Below are positions 28,885 to 45,228 of a DNA stretch of 64,000 nt, one piece after another. The position numbers and the translations under genes are program-made. How positions within the stretch are numbered: the first letter of the stretch is position 1; each line of letters starts with the position of its first letter. This DNA comes from Octopus vulgaris (Eukaryota). The notes under the pieces were generated by a model. The model was not told the origin of the DNA and ran no database searches. It saw only the letters and a list, made by a program, of their open reading frames with translations. Location: contig OX597816.1 in NCBI GenBank assembly GCA_951406725.2, positions 169,012,001-169,076,000 on the forward strand, read 5' to 3'.

Positions 28885-29467
28885 ATAAGACATGACAAAC
28901 TAGGGCAGTACATCCACTGGAATGCTTGTAAATACTAAGAAATTAAATCCCACGATAAGTGGTACAAGCACCATCCGGAGGATATAGTAATTGGTGAAGG
29001 CGTCACTATCCTTTGGAACTTCCCAATACAAACAGACAGAAAAATTGACTCCAATTGACCAGACATTGTGATCAAGGATGACAACAGAGGAACTTGTATG
29101 TTAATAGATATGTCTGTCTCACAAGATCAAAATGTCTCAAGAAAGGAATACGAAAAGCTTTCTCACTATAAAGATTCGCAAATTGAAATCACAAAAATGT
29201 GGAAGCATGGTACTACGATGATACCAGTAATAATTGAGGCTGAGAAGTATATTAAGCAACTCCCTGGTAACTCCAATCTCTGCGAACTACAAAAGATAAC
29301 CGTGATGGGTACAGCCCATATACTACGGAGAGCACTGTTCATCTAAAATGGAATATACGTGGGGATAATTTCAGCATGCATAGCAAAACAAAAGTGCCCT
29401 TGCTACTCTTGGCCTCCACAGGATGCCCGGTACTATGGCAGCTGAAATAGAGTTATAATGAAAGGAA

Positions 29468-29470
<3 letters not shown>
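28885..29470 (+). mobile_element. R4/Dong-like (restriction-like endonuclease) LINE 3' fragment
   Basis: RHD..IHW, ILWNFPIQTDR, PDIV, LIDMSV, KLSHYKD, GTAHILR with stops; runs into (AAC)/(AAT)n. Confidence 0.85.
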
Positions 29471-30689
<1,219 letters not shown>

Positions 30690-30731
30690 CTTGCTGATGT
30701 GATTAATTTGTTTCATTTTATATTTAATGCT

Positions 30732-30737
30732 TTTATT
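30732..30737 (-). promoter_or_regulatory. Candidate polyadenylation signal of the tetraspanin
   Basis: AATAAA on the minus strand after the stop, followed by a U-rich (TTA)n tract. Confidence 0.55.
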
Positions 30738-30895
30738 GAGGAAAAAAAACTTCTATGTCAAATGTATATATGTAGTGACATAATATAAAAAAATGTTTTA
30801 GCGTATGCTGAGGCAATCATGATGGAATGCAGTGGATATGTTGTTTAACTCCGTTGTTGAAGAATGGTGTGGAAGCGTTCAGAATAAGCAGTTTT

Positions 30896-30967
30896 CTAAT
30901 GGTCCAGTTCATATTCTTTTGAGACTATGATTCCTAAGAACGTTAATGAAAAGTAGAGGGACAGGCA
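30896..30967 (-). CDS. Tetraspanin, terminal coding exon: CLSLYFSLTFLGIIVSKEYELDH*
   Basis: strong acceptor ttgtttttacttttgcag; phase 0; finishes TM4, short tail, TAG; AATAAA ~160 nt downstream. Confidence 0.82.
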   Translation of the reverse strand, partial: CLSLYFSLTFLGIIVSKEYELDH

Positions 30968-31178
30968 CTGCAAAAGTAAAAACAACAAACAGAAATGTTA
31001 GCTGAAAATATGCTTACATTAGGAAAATATGCACACATACACATACGCACACACATAATTACACTGCTGACATATGAATACACATACACACATACACACA
31101 CAGAATATGCATATATATATATATATATTTGTATAGACAGGCATTAAGATATACATTTACATTATGCATCTACGTGTA

Positions 31179-31246
<68 letters not shown>

Positions 31247-31282
31247 AAAAAAGGAGATGTCGAACACGAGTGGTGATATATA

Positions 31283-31477
31283 AAAAAAGGAAATGAAGAA
31301 AATGCTGACAAATAATTGAAGTAATTTAAGTAATTTAATTAGGTGAAAGTTCTTTTTACCGGTTGCGCATTTGTTATGCTTATCAAAAGCATAACAAATG
31401 CGCAACCAACAAAAGAACTTTCACCTAATTAAATTACTTAAATTACTTCAATTATTTGTCAGCATTTTCTTCATTTC

Positions 31478-31482
<5 letters not shown>
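31283..31482. repeat. Foldback palindrome, ~95-bp arms
   Basis: near-perfect inverted repeat centred at ~31383. Confidence 0.92.
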
Positions 31483-31564
<82 letters not shown>

Positions 31565-31573
31565 GTATGTATG

Positions 31574-31633
<60 letters not shown>

Positions 31634-31759
31634 CCGAAAGTACGAAGTTAACTGAAAGAAAATCATTAAAAAATGGGTTAGCAAACACAAATGGAAAGCT
31701 CCCCTTTGAAGTGGTAGAAGCAGTTTCACGATTATGGTGATAACATTCCTGGAGAAATG

Positions 31760-32133
31760 GTCATTTATTACACACATGTGAGTGAGAACACTTTGAGATA
31801 TTTTTGGTATCTAACATATGTCAGATACTGCGAGCGCTGCTTCTGATTGGTCAATTCATGGTGATGACCCGAGGTCACGGTGACGGCACTACTTTTGTCA
31901 TTCATAAGTTACAACTAAACGTGAAGAATTTAGTTATTGGGTTAATAAAATATGGTCGTTTATTTGTGTGTAATAAATAAAATACCAAACTCATTCCCTA
32001 TGGATACCGTATTTATTACAACTCGTGGCTTGTAAACGTATCTAACTCGCTTTCGCTCGTTAGATACGTTTGCAAGCCACTCGTTGTAATAAATACGGTA
32101 TCCATAGGGAACTCGTTTGGTATTCTCTATTTA
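31760..32133. mobile_element. Crypton-like non-autonomous element with terminal hairpin (31971-32133)
   Basis: tttattacaca/tgtgtaataaa inverted repeat, ctgattgg motif, long hairpin with periodic TC/TC mismatches. Confidence 0.55.
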
Positions 32134-32770
32134 TCAGGCTAAGACGTTTCATCACCAACTTAATATTGAAGAACAAATTAAGTATTCAAACGGATGGCTT
32201 CACTACGATATCAGAAAACATCGCGTTTATGATGCAAATTATTGATGAGGCTGCTAACTTTAACTTATGTGAATGAGCTCGCAAATTTAGCGGCTGGTAA
32301 AAATTTATTGCCAGCGCAAGTATATAATGAAAATGCTGATTTTTGGAAATGTCATAACACAGTAGGCGAAGATGCCGAATTCCTCACAGAAGACAGTGAC
32401 AGTTTTAGGTTGCAGTAACATTGCAGGTACTCAGAGGCAAATCATGGTTTGCCTAAGATAGGGGTTGCTAAGATAGGGGTTACTCATTATTTACAGGATT
32501 AATAAGAAAGAGTGGGTGATTTCCTTAATATTTCAAGAATGGTATGAAAATTGTTTTAAATATTTTACAATGAGGCAGCAGTCCATTGTATAAACGTACG
32601 GCTAGCAGATATTTTCAAAAGTGATTTTCTTTTAGACAACTTTGTTTAAAAACTGAAAACCGAGGGGAGAAATGCCATTGGCCGTTATTTACCTCCAAAT
32701 TGTACAACACTTTTTCAAGCTTGTGCACACAGAATATAAGGAACTTTGAAAGTCAAATATAGGACACAGT
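32130..32770 (+). mobile_element. pogo/Tigger transposase remnant
   Basis: SNGWL, QVYN..FWK, CSNIAGT, NKKEWV..IFQEWY, LLDN, YLPPNCTTLFQ. Confidence 0.75.
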
Positions 32771-32796
32771 TTATCCACCATATAAAAAAAAAAAAA

Positions 32797-33043
32797 CGCG
32801 CCCTTTTAAAGCCTAGCCAGGCTCATGGGCCCACTTTCCCGGTTTCTACGGCGTATGTGTTCCCCAGCTGGACGGGACGCCAGTCCATCGCAGCGTTACT
32901 CATTTTTGCCAGCTGAGTGGACTGGAGCAACGTGAACTGAAGTGTTTTGCTCAAGAACACAACGCGTCGCCCGGTCCAGGAATCGAAACCACAATCTTAC
33001 GATCATGATGCTGACACCCTAACCACTAAGCCACGCGCCTCCA
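32797..33043 (-). mobile_element. SINE-D
   Basis: TSD tatccaccata. Confidence 0.88.
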
Positions 33044-33233
33044 CTATCCACCATATGGTAAGTGTTAATTCACAAAAAAAAACAAAACTTTAAGTAGTTG
33101 AAATTGAAATCTGTGATGCGGGAATTGACTGAAGCTTGGATAAAAAGGACAGGAAACACTCTAAAAAATGGATAGCATAATTTTCTGTTCTTGTTAATTC
33201 CTACCTTGATTTGCATGTAAATGTCTGACAAGA

Positions 33234-33612
33234 GGGGGCGCAATGGCCCAGTGGTTAGGGCAGCGGACTCGCGGTCGTAGGATCGCGGTTTCGATTCCCA
33301 GACCGGGCGTTGTGAGTGTTTATTGAGCGAATACACCTAAAGCTCCACGAGGCTCCGGCAGGGGATGGTGGTGATCCCTGCTGTACTCTTTCACCACAAC
33401 TTTCTCTCACTCTTACTTCCTGTTTCTGTTGCACCTGTATTTCAAAAGGACGGCCTTGTCACTCTCTGTGTTACGCTGAACATCCCCGAGAACTACGTTA
33501 AGGGTACACGTGTCTGTGGAGTGCTCAGCCACTTACACGTTAATTTCACGAGCAGGCTGTTTCGTTGATCGGATCAACCGGAACCCTCGTCGTCGTAACC
33601 GACGGAGTGCTT
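33234..33612 (+). mobile_element. SINE-C
   Basis: TSD gtctgacaaga. Confidence 0.9.
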
Positions 33613-33671
33613 TAAGTCTGACAAGAAACATCAAAAAACATGTGCACGCAGCTGATAAATCTCAATTATTT

Positions 33672-34066
33672 AATTCTTTATTGCCCACAAGGGGCTAAAC
33701 GCAGAGGGGACAAACAAGGACAGACGAACGGATTAAGTCGTTCTGGTACTTTATTTAATCGACCCCGAAAGGATGAAAGGCAAAGTTGACCTCGGCGGAA
33801 TTTGAACTCAGAACGTAACGGCAGCCGAAATACCTATTTCTTTACTACCCACAAGGGGCTAAACCCAGAGAGGACAGACAAGGACAGACAAACGGATTAA
33901 GTCGATTATATCGACCCCGGTGCGTAACTGGTACTTATTTATCGACCCCAAAAAGATGAAAGGCAAAGTCGACCTCGGTGGAATTTGAACTCAGAACGTA
34001 AAGGCAGTCGAAATACGGCTACGCATTTCGCCCGGCGTGCTAGCGTTTCTGCCAACTCGCCGCCTT
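33672..34066 (-). mobile_element. SINE-A dimer
   Basis: TSD taaatctcaattatt. Confidence 0.9.
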
Positions 34067-34336
34067 TAAATCTCAATTATTTTCAATAAGTATGTCTGAA
34101 TCATTTCTGACTATGAGTGTAAAAATGATTATCATTAAATTTGTAATTTTTGTGTGACAACGTGGAAGCCGTAAAAGAGTAAAGTAATAAGTAATTTAAA
34201 TATATATATATTTTATATAATGAGTATATATGTGCGTGGTTATGTGTGAAGGGCTGCTAGCAGAGTTGGTTTTTCATAGATATAATAAATGTCATAGTAC
34301 AGATACATAAGTTCTGACTCGTTAAACTTTATGTAA

Positions 34337-34401
<65 letters not shown>

Positions 34402-34402
34402 T

Positions 34403-34498
<96 letters not shown>

Positions 34499-34607
34499 TG
34501 ATACTTTGATAGGTTTCGGCCATTATTGTCCCAGGCCATGTCTAACTTAATAGCACCACCTGGTGAAGTCTTTCAAGTCAGAATTTGGTGAAGTCTTTCA
34601 AGTCATA

Positions 34608-34675
<68 letters not shown>

Positions 34676-34757
34676 GGTCCCGGGTTGAGTCGGGGTTAAC
34701 CACAGTAAATAAGGTACTCAATACATAGCAGAGTAAAGTAATTTATTCTATAGAAGG

Positions 34758-34808
34758 AGCTTCTACAGGACTAGAACTGTTACATTCAGATGAAATCTTC
34801 AGGAAGCT
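34758..34808 (-). ncRNA. Type I hammerhead motif, A13U variant
   Basis: AGCUUC-CUGAAGA-UUUC(AUCU)GAAU-GUAA-CAG(UUCUAGUC)CUG-UA-GAAGCU. Confidence 0.65.
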
Positions 34809-35169
34809 GGCTGTCAAAATAAGTTCTGGTATTTATGCATTTAGGCAGATTTAATGGAGTAGTGGTGGGGGACGTTTTTTGGGTTGGTTGGTATTTAGGA
34901 GATAAACAAGGCACAATCTATTGTTCTTAGGGGAGTGGTCAAAAGGCCAGAGTGTTTTTTGAAATGAGAAGAATCAGTGAGAAAATAAATGAATGAATGA
35001 ATAAATAGAATAAATGAATAGAAACAGATATATGGGATGGGATTTTAGGTAAATTAGAAGACAATTGCTTTTTGGTGGTCAAGAAGAGGTAGGCAGTTTG
35101 TTATTGTTAGGTGGAGGGAATAAATAGATAAATATACATGAAAAAACATATAAAAAACATAAAATAAAT

Positions 35170-35906
<737 letters not shown>

Positions 35907-36132
35907 ATGTATATGTGTTAATTCATTGTTTTTTCTCTTTGCCCACGTAAAAATGTGTGTTACTGTCGTGGAGATTCTTACAGTAGTAGAAAAGGAATTT
36001 TTAACGCCTATTTCTAAATTCGGTATGTGGTGAAGCAATTAGCTGACCCCTAATTATTATAATTATGTTTATAATTATAGAATATATATATATATAAACA
36101 TACATGTATGCATATATACGTATATACATATG

Positions 36133-37071
<939 letters not shown>

Positions 37072-37184
37072 CATACATACATACATACATGTATATATAT
37101 ATATATAAATGTGTATATATATATATATAAATATAAATGTATATGTATGTATGTATATATATATATACATATACATACATACAT

Positions 37185-37258
<74 letters not shown>

Positions 37259-37265
37259 GTATATG

Positions 37266-37310
<45 letters not shown>

Positions 37311-37314
<4 letters not shown>

Positions 37315-38858
37315 AAACTGCCCAGGGCGCTAAAAGAAGGCACCATATGCCCTATCCACAAAGGAGGGAGTAGAGCAGAGGCCAAAAACTACAGGCCAGT
37401 CTCCCTGACGTCACACATAAGTAAGGTCATGGAACGAATCATCAGAAAAAAACTGATCACGTTCCTCGAAGAAACTAACCGTCTCACTGACACACAGCAT
37501 GGCTTTCGCCCAGGAAGAAGCTGCCTTACGCAGCTGTTACAACACTACGACTGGGTACTGAAACAACTACTGGATCGCTCACAGGTGGATGTGGTATATC
37601 TCGACTTTGCGAAGGCCTTTGACATAGTCGACCACGGAGTGATATGTCACAAATTACTCAGACTCGGCATAACAGGAAAAGTAGGTGAGTGGATACATGA
37701 CTTCCTGAAGGACAGAAGCCAGATGGTTGCAGCCAATGGAGCCCTCTCGGGAAAGACACCAATAGCAAGCGGGGTGCCACAGGGCACAGTCTTGGGACCC
37801 TTGCTGTTTTTGGTGGCGCTCTCTGACATGCCCTTGGTAGCACAAACAACATCCCTCACTAGCTATGCTGATGACACAAAGGTAGCACAGGCAATCAAAA
37901 ACCCAGCTGATGCTGACCTTTTACAACAAGATCTGGATGCCATATACAAATGGGCTGAAGACAACAACATGCAATTTAATGCTGGTAAATTTCAAGCCTT
38001 ACAATATCAAGCTGTAAACACATATACATTACAACACAACTATACTGGTCCAGGAGGGATCGAAATCCCAGTATCGAAATCAATACGGGACCTGGGGATA
38101 GACATGAGTGACGATGCATCTTTTTCTTCACACATCGCGAAGGTGGCGACAATGTGCAGACGACTCACTGGCTGGATCCTGAGGACATTCCGGACAAGAG
38201 ACTGCGAGACCATGTTGACACTATGGAGGACATTTGTCCTAAGCCGCCTGGACTACTGCTCCCAACTGTGGTCACCGCATAGTGTCAAACTAACCACAGA
38301 GCTTGAGACAATCCAAAGGCATTTCACCAAGAGGATTTCCACCATGAAAGAAAAGAACTATTGGGAGAGGCTTAGGGAACTCAATTTGTACTCCTTGGAA
38401 CGAAGACGAGAGAGATATGCAGTGATATACATATGGAAAATCCTGGAGGGACTAGCACCAAATTTTGGAATTGAGAGCTGTTCCAATCCCCGTACAGGAC
38501 GTCACTGTGTGGTGCCAAATGTCCCGTCTTCCACATCCAGGGTAAGGAGCAGATACTGTAATAGCCTGGTGTTCAGGGGCCCTCAGCTGTTCAACAAACT
38601 GCCAAGAAAACTAAGAGATCTACATGATGCGGATGTGGACATTTTCAAAAAACATCTAGACAAGCTGCTTTCCGGGATCCCAGATGAACCCACTGCAAGG
38701 TACGAAGGTAACCTAAGGGCAGCAGCTACAAACTCTCTCTTAGATCAGTGGCCAGCCACGGCAAACTGGACTTAGAGAGGGTAGCAACAAGGGCGGTGCC
38801 CCAGCATGGCCTCAGCCGGATGGCTGAAACAAGTAAAAGAGTAAAAGAGTAAAAGAGT
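37311..38858 (+). mobile_element. 5'-truncated young CR1/L2-group LINE, antisense in the last tetraspanin intron, inserted in (TA)n
   Basis: RT ORF, then 3' stem-loop and (GTAAAAGA)n tail. Confidence 0.93.
37312..38775 (+). CDS. LINE reverse transcriptase and C-terminal domain (487 codons, no start codon, no endonuclease)
   Basis: [56 protein letters not shown]; no internal stops. Confidence 0.9.
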
Positions 38859-38912
38859 ATATACATATACAAACATACATACATACATACATACATGTAT
38901 ATATATATATAA

Positions 38913-38956
<44 letters not shown>

Positions 38957-38957
38957 G

Positions 38958-39015
<58 letters not shown>

Positions 39016-39040
39016 CACATATATATATATATAAATAAAC

Positions 39041-39079
<39 letters not shown>

Positions 39080-39323
39080 ACGCATATATATATTATATAT
39101 ATATTTATGTGTGTAAACGTGTGTGTATGTGTGTTTTCTTGCTAGCTCCTATCTTGCTTTGTATGTAAATATCAAAGAAGCAAGGTCATGAAAATGTGGA
39201 CGCAGCTGATATCTGATAAATCTCAATCATTTTCAAAGATTCAAGTGTGTCTGAAACCTTTCAAACTACTAATTTCAAAATGACTATCAGTGACGACGTT
39301 AAAACTGTAAGAGAGTAAAATAG

Positions 39324-39404
<81 letters not shown>

Positions 39405-39711
39405 TTACAACTCATTAAATATATATCCGTTCAATTAAGAAACGGTGATGAGTAAACATTCTGTAAATAAGTTTTAAGCTTATAATAAACGTTTACCGTA
39501 TAGAAAATGATCTAATATTGGGACATATAAGCACTCGGCAGAAAAAGGGCATTGTATTGTAAAAATTGACCAGCAACGACGGGGTATGTAGTATGGTAGT
39601 ATGTATGTATGTATGTATGTATGTATGTATGTATGTATGTATGTATGCATGTATGTGTGTGTGTGTGTATGCATGTATGTATGTGTGTGTGTGTGTCTGT
39701 GTGTCTGTCTC

Positions 39712-39772
<61 letters not shown>

Positions 39773-40404
39773 ATACATACACTAGCTGAGCAGCTCGTTG
39801 TTGCCGGTCAGTTTTCACAATAGAATACTTTAATTTAATTTTTTTTTGTTCTTTGTCAGACCATGTCTTCCCCGTTAGATAAACCTCTTGATCAGGTCGG
39901 ATTTGTGCAATTTTTCGTAAAGAAATTTCGTCGAGGATTTTCCACTTTTTAGATTATTTTTATGCCTATTCGACCTTTTCTAAAATTTATTAAAACTTCC
40001 GAACTTCCTACAACTTTCGTTGTAATAATGTTTCGCTTTCATTTTGTTGAATATAAATTCGTCGTTATAATGTTTTTGCTTTCATTTTGTGACAGCTTTC
40101 ACGCAGAAAATACCAGCTTCTAAATCATGTTCCCTGAAATTTTAAACAAATAAATCCACCGGCTATTTCAGGTTCAAAGGCCCGGATACTTCTGACTGAC
40201 GTGGCACAACTTGTCGAAACACCGGCATCACAATCATATGCACCAACGATCTGAGTGTGCTATGAGCACATTGTCGTGTTAAAAGGAAGAAGTTTTTACA
40301 TGAAGTACACAACAGCGACTCGCATATTTTCGCTCAAATCAGCCGAAAAGTGTTAAGACAAAAATTGCAAATCATCATTTCATATATATATATATATATA
40401 TAGA

Positions 40405-40960
40405 CGAGCAAACCGCACCCCCCCACGTCCAATAGACGGTGCTGAATCATATCTGGTGAATAAAAAGCAATAAGTGTTTTTTTTTTGCCATTAAAAAATA
40501 ATTAAGCATGCCTTTATTTCAATAAAATTTTTGGTTTTGTTAAACGAAGTTAAGGCATAAAAAACTTCTTGAGAAACCAAATAGTCTTTCCTTCCTTCAT
40601 GCCAAGTTTGAAGAAAATACCTCTTTTGCATCTTACTTTTTTGGTCTCTTAAATATACTGCATTTTGTGGCATTATTTCAAACTTGCTGGCTTTTTTTGC
40701 ACAAACTGCACGTGCATTTTTCTCGCGTACGCGTAGTATCGATCGCAACAGCAGATGTACTTGCGTGTACAAATGCACGTTCCCACGGCTTTATCGATCG
40801 CATTTTCACCTGGAATCGATATTTGTAATTTTTTCAAGACTTATACACGCCCTGATACTGTAGGTATCTACATATCAAATTTCAGCGCAACCGGATGGAG
40901 GATGCCCGAGATCCTAGAAGACACATACACAGACAGACAGAACGGATTTTATATAATTGA
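40405..40960 (-). mobile_element. Helitron-like element
   Basis: 5' TCAATTATATAAAA plus (TCTG)n; degenerate 3' hairpin and CTAG. Confidence 0.5.
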
Positions 40961-41340
40961 TGTGTTGTGAATTTAGACATAATTCTATTTGCTTCAATAT
41001 TTCATATGCAAACATTCAAATATGCAAAATTATTTACGCGAGACACTCAGGTAAAGTAAGGATGAAATATCGAAAGATAATTTTTTTTCAAAATCAGTTT
41101 TTGCTGTCGCTTAATCTTAACTGAGCTCTGAATAAGCTGACCAATGACCAAAGGGCAATCCAGTCTCGATCATTGTGTCTTTATTTGAAGCAATGTTTCC
41201 GTCTGTCGCATCTAATGTATATTTCTGTAAGCTAGTAAATGATTGAATGGAGATTTGGTTGTTATGTTTAGTAAGTTGAGAGACCACATACAAACTTCTT
41301 TGTTGGATCGTGTCATATTGGTATAAGCTTTAAAAAATTA

Positions 41341-41489
41341 GTGGTAAGTATCTTGCTTGCTTACCAACCATATGGTTCCGGGTTCAGTCCCACTGCGTGG
41401 CACCTTGGGCAAGTATCTTCTACTATAGCCTCAGGCCGACCAATGCCTTGTGAGTGGATTTGGTAGACGGAAACTGAAAGAAGCCCGTC

Positions 41490-41584
<95 letters not shown>

Positions 41585-41790
41585 TGTGTCTGTGTTTGTC
41601 CCCTCAACATCGCTTGACAACCGATGCTGGTGTGTTTGTGTCCTCCGTAACTTAGCGGTTCAGCAAACGAGAACCGATAGAATAAGTACTAGGCTTACAA
41701 AGAATAAGTCCTGAGGTCGATTTGCTCGACAAAAGGCGGTGCTCCGGCATGGCCGCAGTCAAATGACTGAAAGTAAAAGATAAAAGATAA
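41341..41790 (+). mobile_element. SINE-B ending ~16 nt from a tetraspanin exon boundary
   Basis: homology to other copies. Confidence 0.87.
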
Positions 41791-41806
41791 ATGGCTGTTA
41801 GCTTAC

Positions 41807-41890
41807 CTCAAGAACAAGTATTGTTAATGATACTGCAATCAAGACACCGTGATACCGTGTCACCAGATCAGTGATAGTTTGCTTGCAACC
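41807..41890 (-). CDS. Tetraspanin, GC + first half of TM4 exon (84 nt): GCKQTITDLVTRYHGVLIAVSLTILVLE
   Basis: tttattttcaag acceptor, GTAAGC donor; completes EK|GC; polar E in TM4. Confidence 0.92.
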
Positions 41891-42617
41891 CTTGAAAATA
41901 AACAAAGAGAGTATTTTACAATAATTATCTCTTGAACGCATTATTATCGGCTTTTGTTTCATCTTCTTAATGTTTTTTCGAATTAATGACAAAATATGTA
42001 TTAGAAAAGAAGCTAATTAAGCAAATGAGGATATGAGTTATTAAATTAATGGATAACTCAATCAAAGGTTATGAAATTTTCTCTATAGCAAAACAGCACA
42101 AATCCTGTCACAGACAGGATTTGCATTGTTCTAGTTAGATACATCATTACATTGTGTGGCATAAGCTTATTTTTCTTGTTTCATTATAATACACAGTCTT
42201 AAAGCGGCGAGCTAGCAGAATCGTTAGCAAGCCGGGAAAAATGCTTAGCGGCATTAAGTCCGCCTTTACGTTTTGAGTCCGAATTCCACCGAGGTTAATT
42301 TTTGGTTAAAGTACTGCTACAACTATAAGACAGATAACATTTAGGACGTTCAAATAATAAAGTAGTTCCTCCATATCCATTTGATTTGTGCCAGAGCAAA
42401 GCAACAGAGTAAGAAGAGGAGGTAAAAACGACAGCACTCAGCAAACGTCCATCGATAATTATCCCAAATCATTCTTTTTAGGTTCAAGGTCACTCATATT
42501 TGGTTTGCCAAACACTTATATATCAGAAGCCGGAAAAAGGTGTATGCTTCGGAAGTTCCCTTTGCAAATACGGGGTTTTGTGTTCGCTTCCACTGCGGGG
42601 CATTTTGCATAAATACC

Positions 42618-43026
42618 TGTTTCTTTACTACCCAGAAGGGGCTAAACACAGAGGGGACAAACAAGGACAGACATAGGTATTAAGTCGATTACATCGACCC
42701 CAGTGCGTAACTGGTACTTAATTTATCGACCCATGAAAGGCAAAGTCGACCTCGGCGGAATTTGAACTCAGAACGTCGTGACAGACGAAATACCTATTTC
42801 TTTATTACCCACAAGGGGCTAAACACAGAGGGGACAAACAAGGACAGACATAGGTATTAAGTCGATTACATCGACCCCAGTGCGTAACTGGTACTTAATT
42901 TATCGACCCCGAAAGGATGAAAGGCAAAGTCGACCTCGGCGGAATTTGAACTCACAACGTAACGCAGACGAAATACCGCTAAGCATTTCGCCCGGCGTGC
43001 TAACGTTTCTGCCAGCTCACCGCCTT
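42618..43026 (-). mobile_element. SINE-A dimer
   Basis: TSD attttgcataaatacc. Confidence 0.9.
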
Positions 43027-43054
43027 GTATTTTGCATAAATACCGTCAACTATT

Positions 43055-43177
43055 ACGCTGCGTGGTACCTTGGGCCGGAGTCTTTGTCATAGCCTCGGGG
43101 CAATCAAAGCCTTGTGAGTAGATTTGGTAGAAACACTGTAAGAAGCCTGTCGTATACTTCTGTGTATAAGTGTGTGT

Positions 43178-43224
<47 letters not shown>

Positions 43225-43482
43225 CGTGTGTGTGTGAGTGAGTATGTGTGTGTGTGTGCGCGTTTGTCTTGGTGTGTGTTTGCACCTCGCCAACCACTTG
43301 GCAACCGGTATTGGTTTGCTTACGCCCCCGTACCATAGCGGTTCGGCAAAAGAGATCGATAGAATAAGTACCAGAGTAAGAAAAAAAAAAGTACAGGGGA
43401 CGATTTGTTTGACTAAAATCCCTTTAGGAAGGTGCCCCAGCATTGCAGTAGTCCAATGACTGAAACAAGTAAAATAAAAGAT
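43055..43482 (+). mobile_element. SINE-B, diverged
   Basis: homology to other copies. Confidence 0.75.
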
Positions 43483-43643
43483 ATTGACCTTACTTTAAAG
43501 GTCATATTTACTCGATGCTTATCTAAACTGTGTTTTGATTGGTTTGATCTGCAACCAGCATCAGGTGCCTTATTCTTGGTTGTCTACACGGGTCTCTGAT
43601 TGAATTGGAAATAGATACCTGCATGTTTGATTTTGTTTATATA

Positions 43644-44165
43644 CCGTAAATCCTCGAGTATAATCCGCATTTTCCCCACCAAATTTAAAGGTCAAAATCC
43701 TTAGTGCGTACTATATACGAGGTTAAAAATGGTAAAATATTTTCTAAGCAATGTTCGAGTCTCTATTTGCTGTCCGGCAATGTTTATTCAGATGCATTTT
43801 GTGATGTCGGGCGCGAAAATATCTTAAGCTAAGCCTGAAAGCAATGAAGTCGTAAAAGAATCATCCATAACTTACAGTAAGCAACATTTATTAAAATAAA
43901 AGTATTCAGAACACAGAATAACATGTAACAAAAACAATTTGCAAACATATTTACATTCTCATATAACAGTTAAGAACATCACCATAATTGTATTACGCAT
44001 GCGCGGAAGCGTTTGTTCGACTAGGTGCTGCTAGCGTAATTACGCACGACTCAAGTTAGAGAAGGGGTGCGTATTATACACAAGGTTTAGGCTTTTCAGA
44101 GGTACATCCCCCCCCAATCTCCTGCGTATTATACTCAAGGGCGGACTATACTCGAGGATTTACGG
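43644..44165. mobile_element. Tigger/pogo-type MITE
   Basis: TIR ccgtaaatcctcgagtata(a/g)tccgc, TA TSD. Confidence 0.9.
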
Positions 44166-44642
44166 TACCTCGTGCTGCTGCTTCTAATTCATATTTGAAT
44201 TTTTTCTGTGGCATGAAACGTTGGGACATGCCAGCTGATGGTTCTTAAACCATTTAACATGTAGTCATAGTCGGCGATATAGCTTGCAGCAGGCCTTGTT
44301 CGGTATGCGGCATTGATAAGTCAAAACTGACGATACATCGATGTCTGTAGTTCCGAAAAAGGGATATGATGTGAGTTGACTCGCTTGTCTATGACTTACT
44401 TTCAGGTATTTTACATGGGGGGTATTGAGAATATGTTCTCTTACGCCTAAAACAGAAAAAAGTGCAGCCGCCCCTCGAACTAACAACACACTTCGTGTAT
44501 GTGTGTTAGATTTTATTTAGATATCTTTATTTTATAAACTAAGAGTAGTAATATTCTTATCTAATTACCCATTTGTGCAAGTTTCCTTGTTAAGTTCCTG
44601 TTTGAGGGTGAAGTTTGCATCACATCCAGGAATAAGTCATTT

Positions 44643-45228
44643 TATTTCTATATTGCCCACAAGGGGTTAAACAAGGACAGACAAACGGATTAAGTCGATT
44701 ACATCGACCCCAGTGCGTAACTGGCACTTAATTTATCGACCCCGAAAGGATGAAAAGCAAAGTCGATCTCGGCGGAATTTGATCTCAGAACGTAACGGCA
44801 GACGAAATACCTATTTCTTTACTACCCACAAGGGGCTAAACACAGAGGCGACAAATAAGGACAGACATAGGTATTAAGTCGATTACAACGACCCCAGTGC
44901 GTTACTGGTACTTAATTTATCGACCCCGAAAGGATGAAAAGCAAAGTCGATCTCGGCGGAATTTGATCTCAGAACGTAACGGCAGACGAAATACCTATTT
45001 CTTTACTACCCACAAGGGGCTAAACACAGAGGCGACAAATAAGGACAGACATAGGTATTAAGTCGATTACAACGACCCCAGTGCGTTACTGGTTCTTAAT
45101 TTATCGACCCCGAAAGGATGAAAAGCAAAGTCGATCTCGGCGGAATTTGATCTCAGAACGTAACGACAGACGAAATACCGCTAAGCATTTCGCCCGGCGT
45201 GCTAACGTTTCTGCCAGCTCGCCGCCTT
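44643..45228 (-). mobile_element. SINE-A trimer (184-bp period)
   Basis: TSD atccag(g/a)aataagtcattt. Confidence 0.9.

Noticed and set aside
33234-33310. tRNA-like sequences with A/B boxes (also at 12103, 27190, 28540, 55818, 63396)
   Set aside because: SINE heads continuous with SINE bodies, mostly bounded by TSDs; not tRNA genes
44643-45228. Regularly spaced repeats resembling a CRISPR array
   Set aside because: Whole 184-bp units repeat with no unique spacers; eukaryotic SINE multimer
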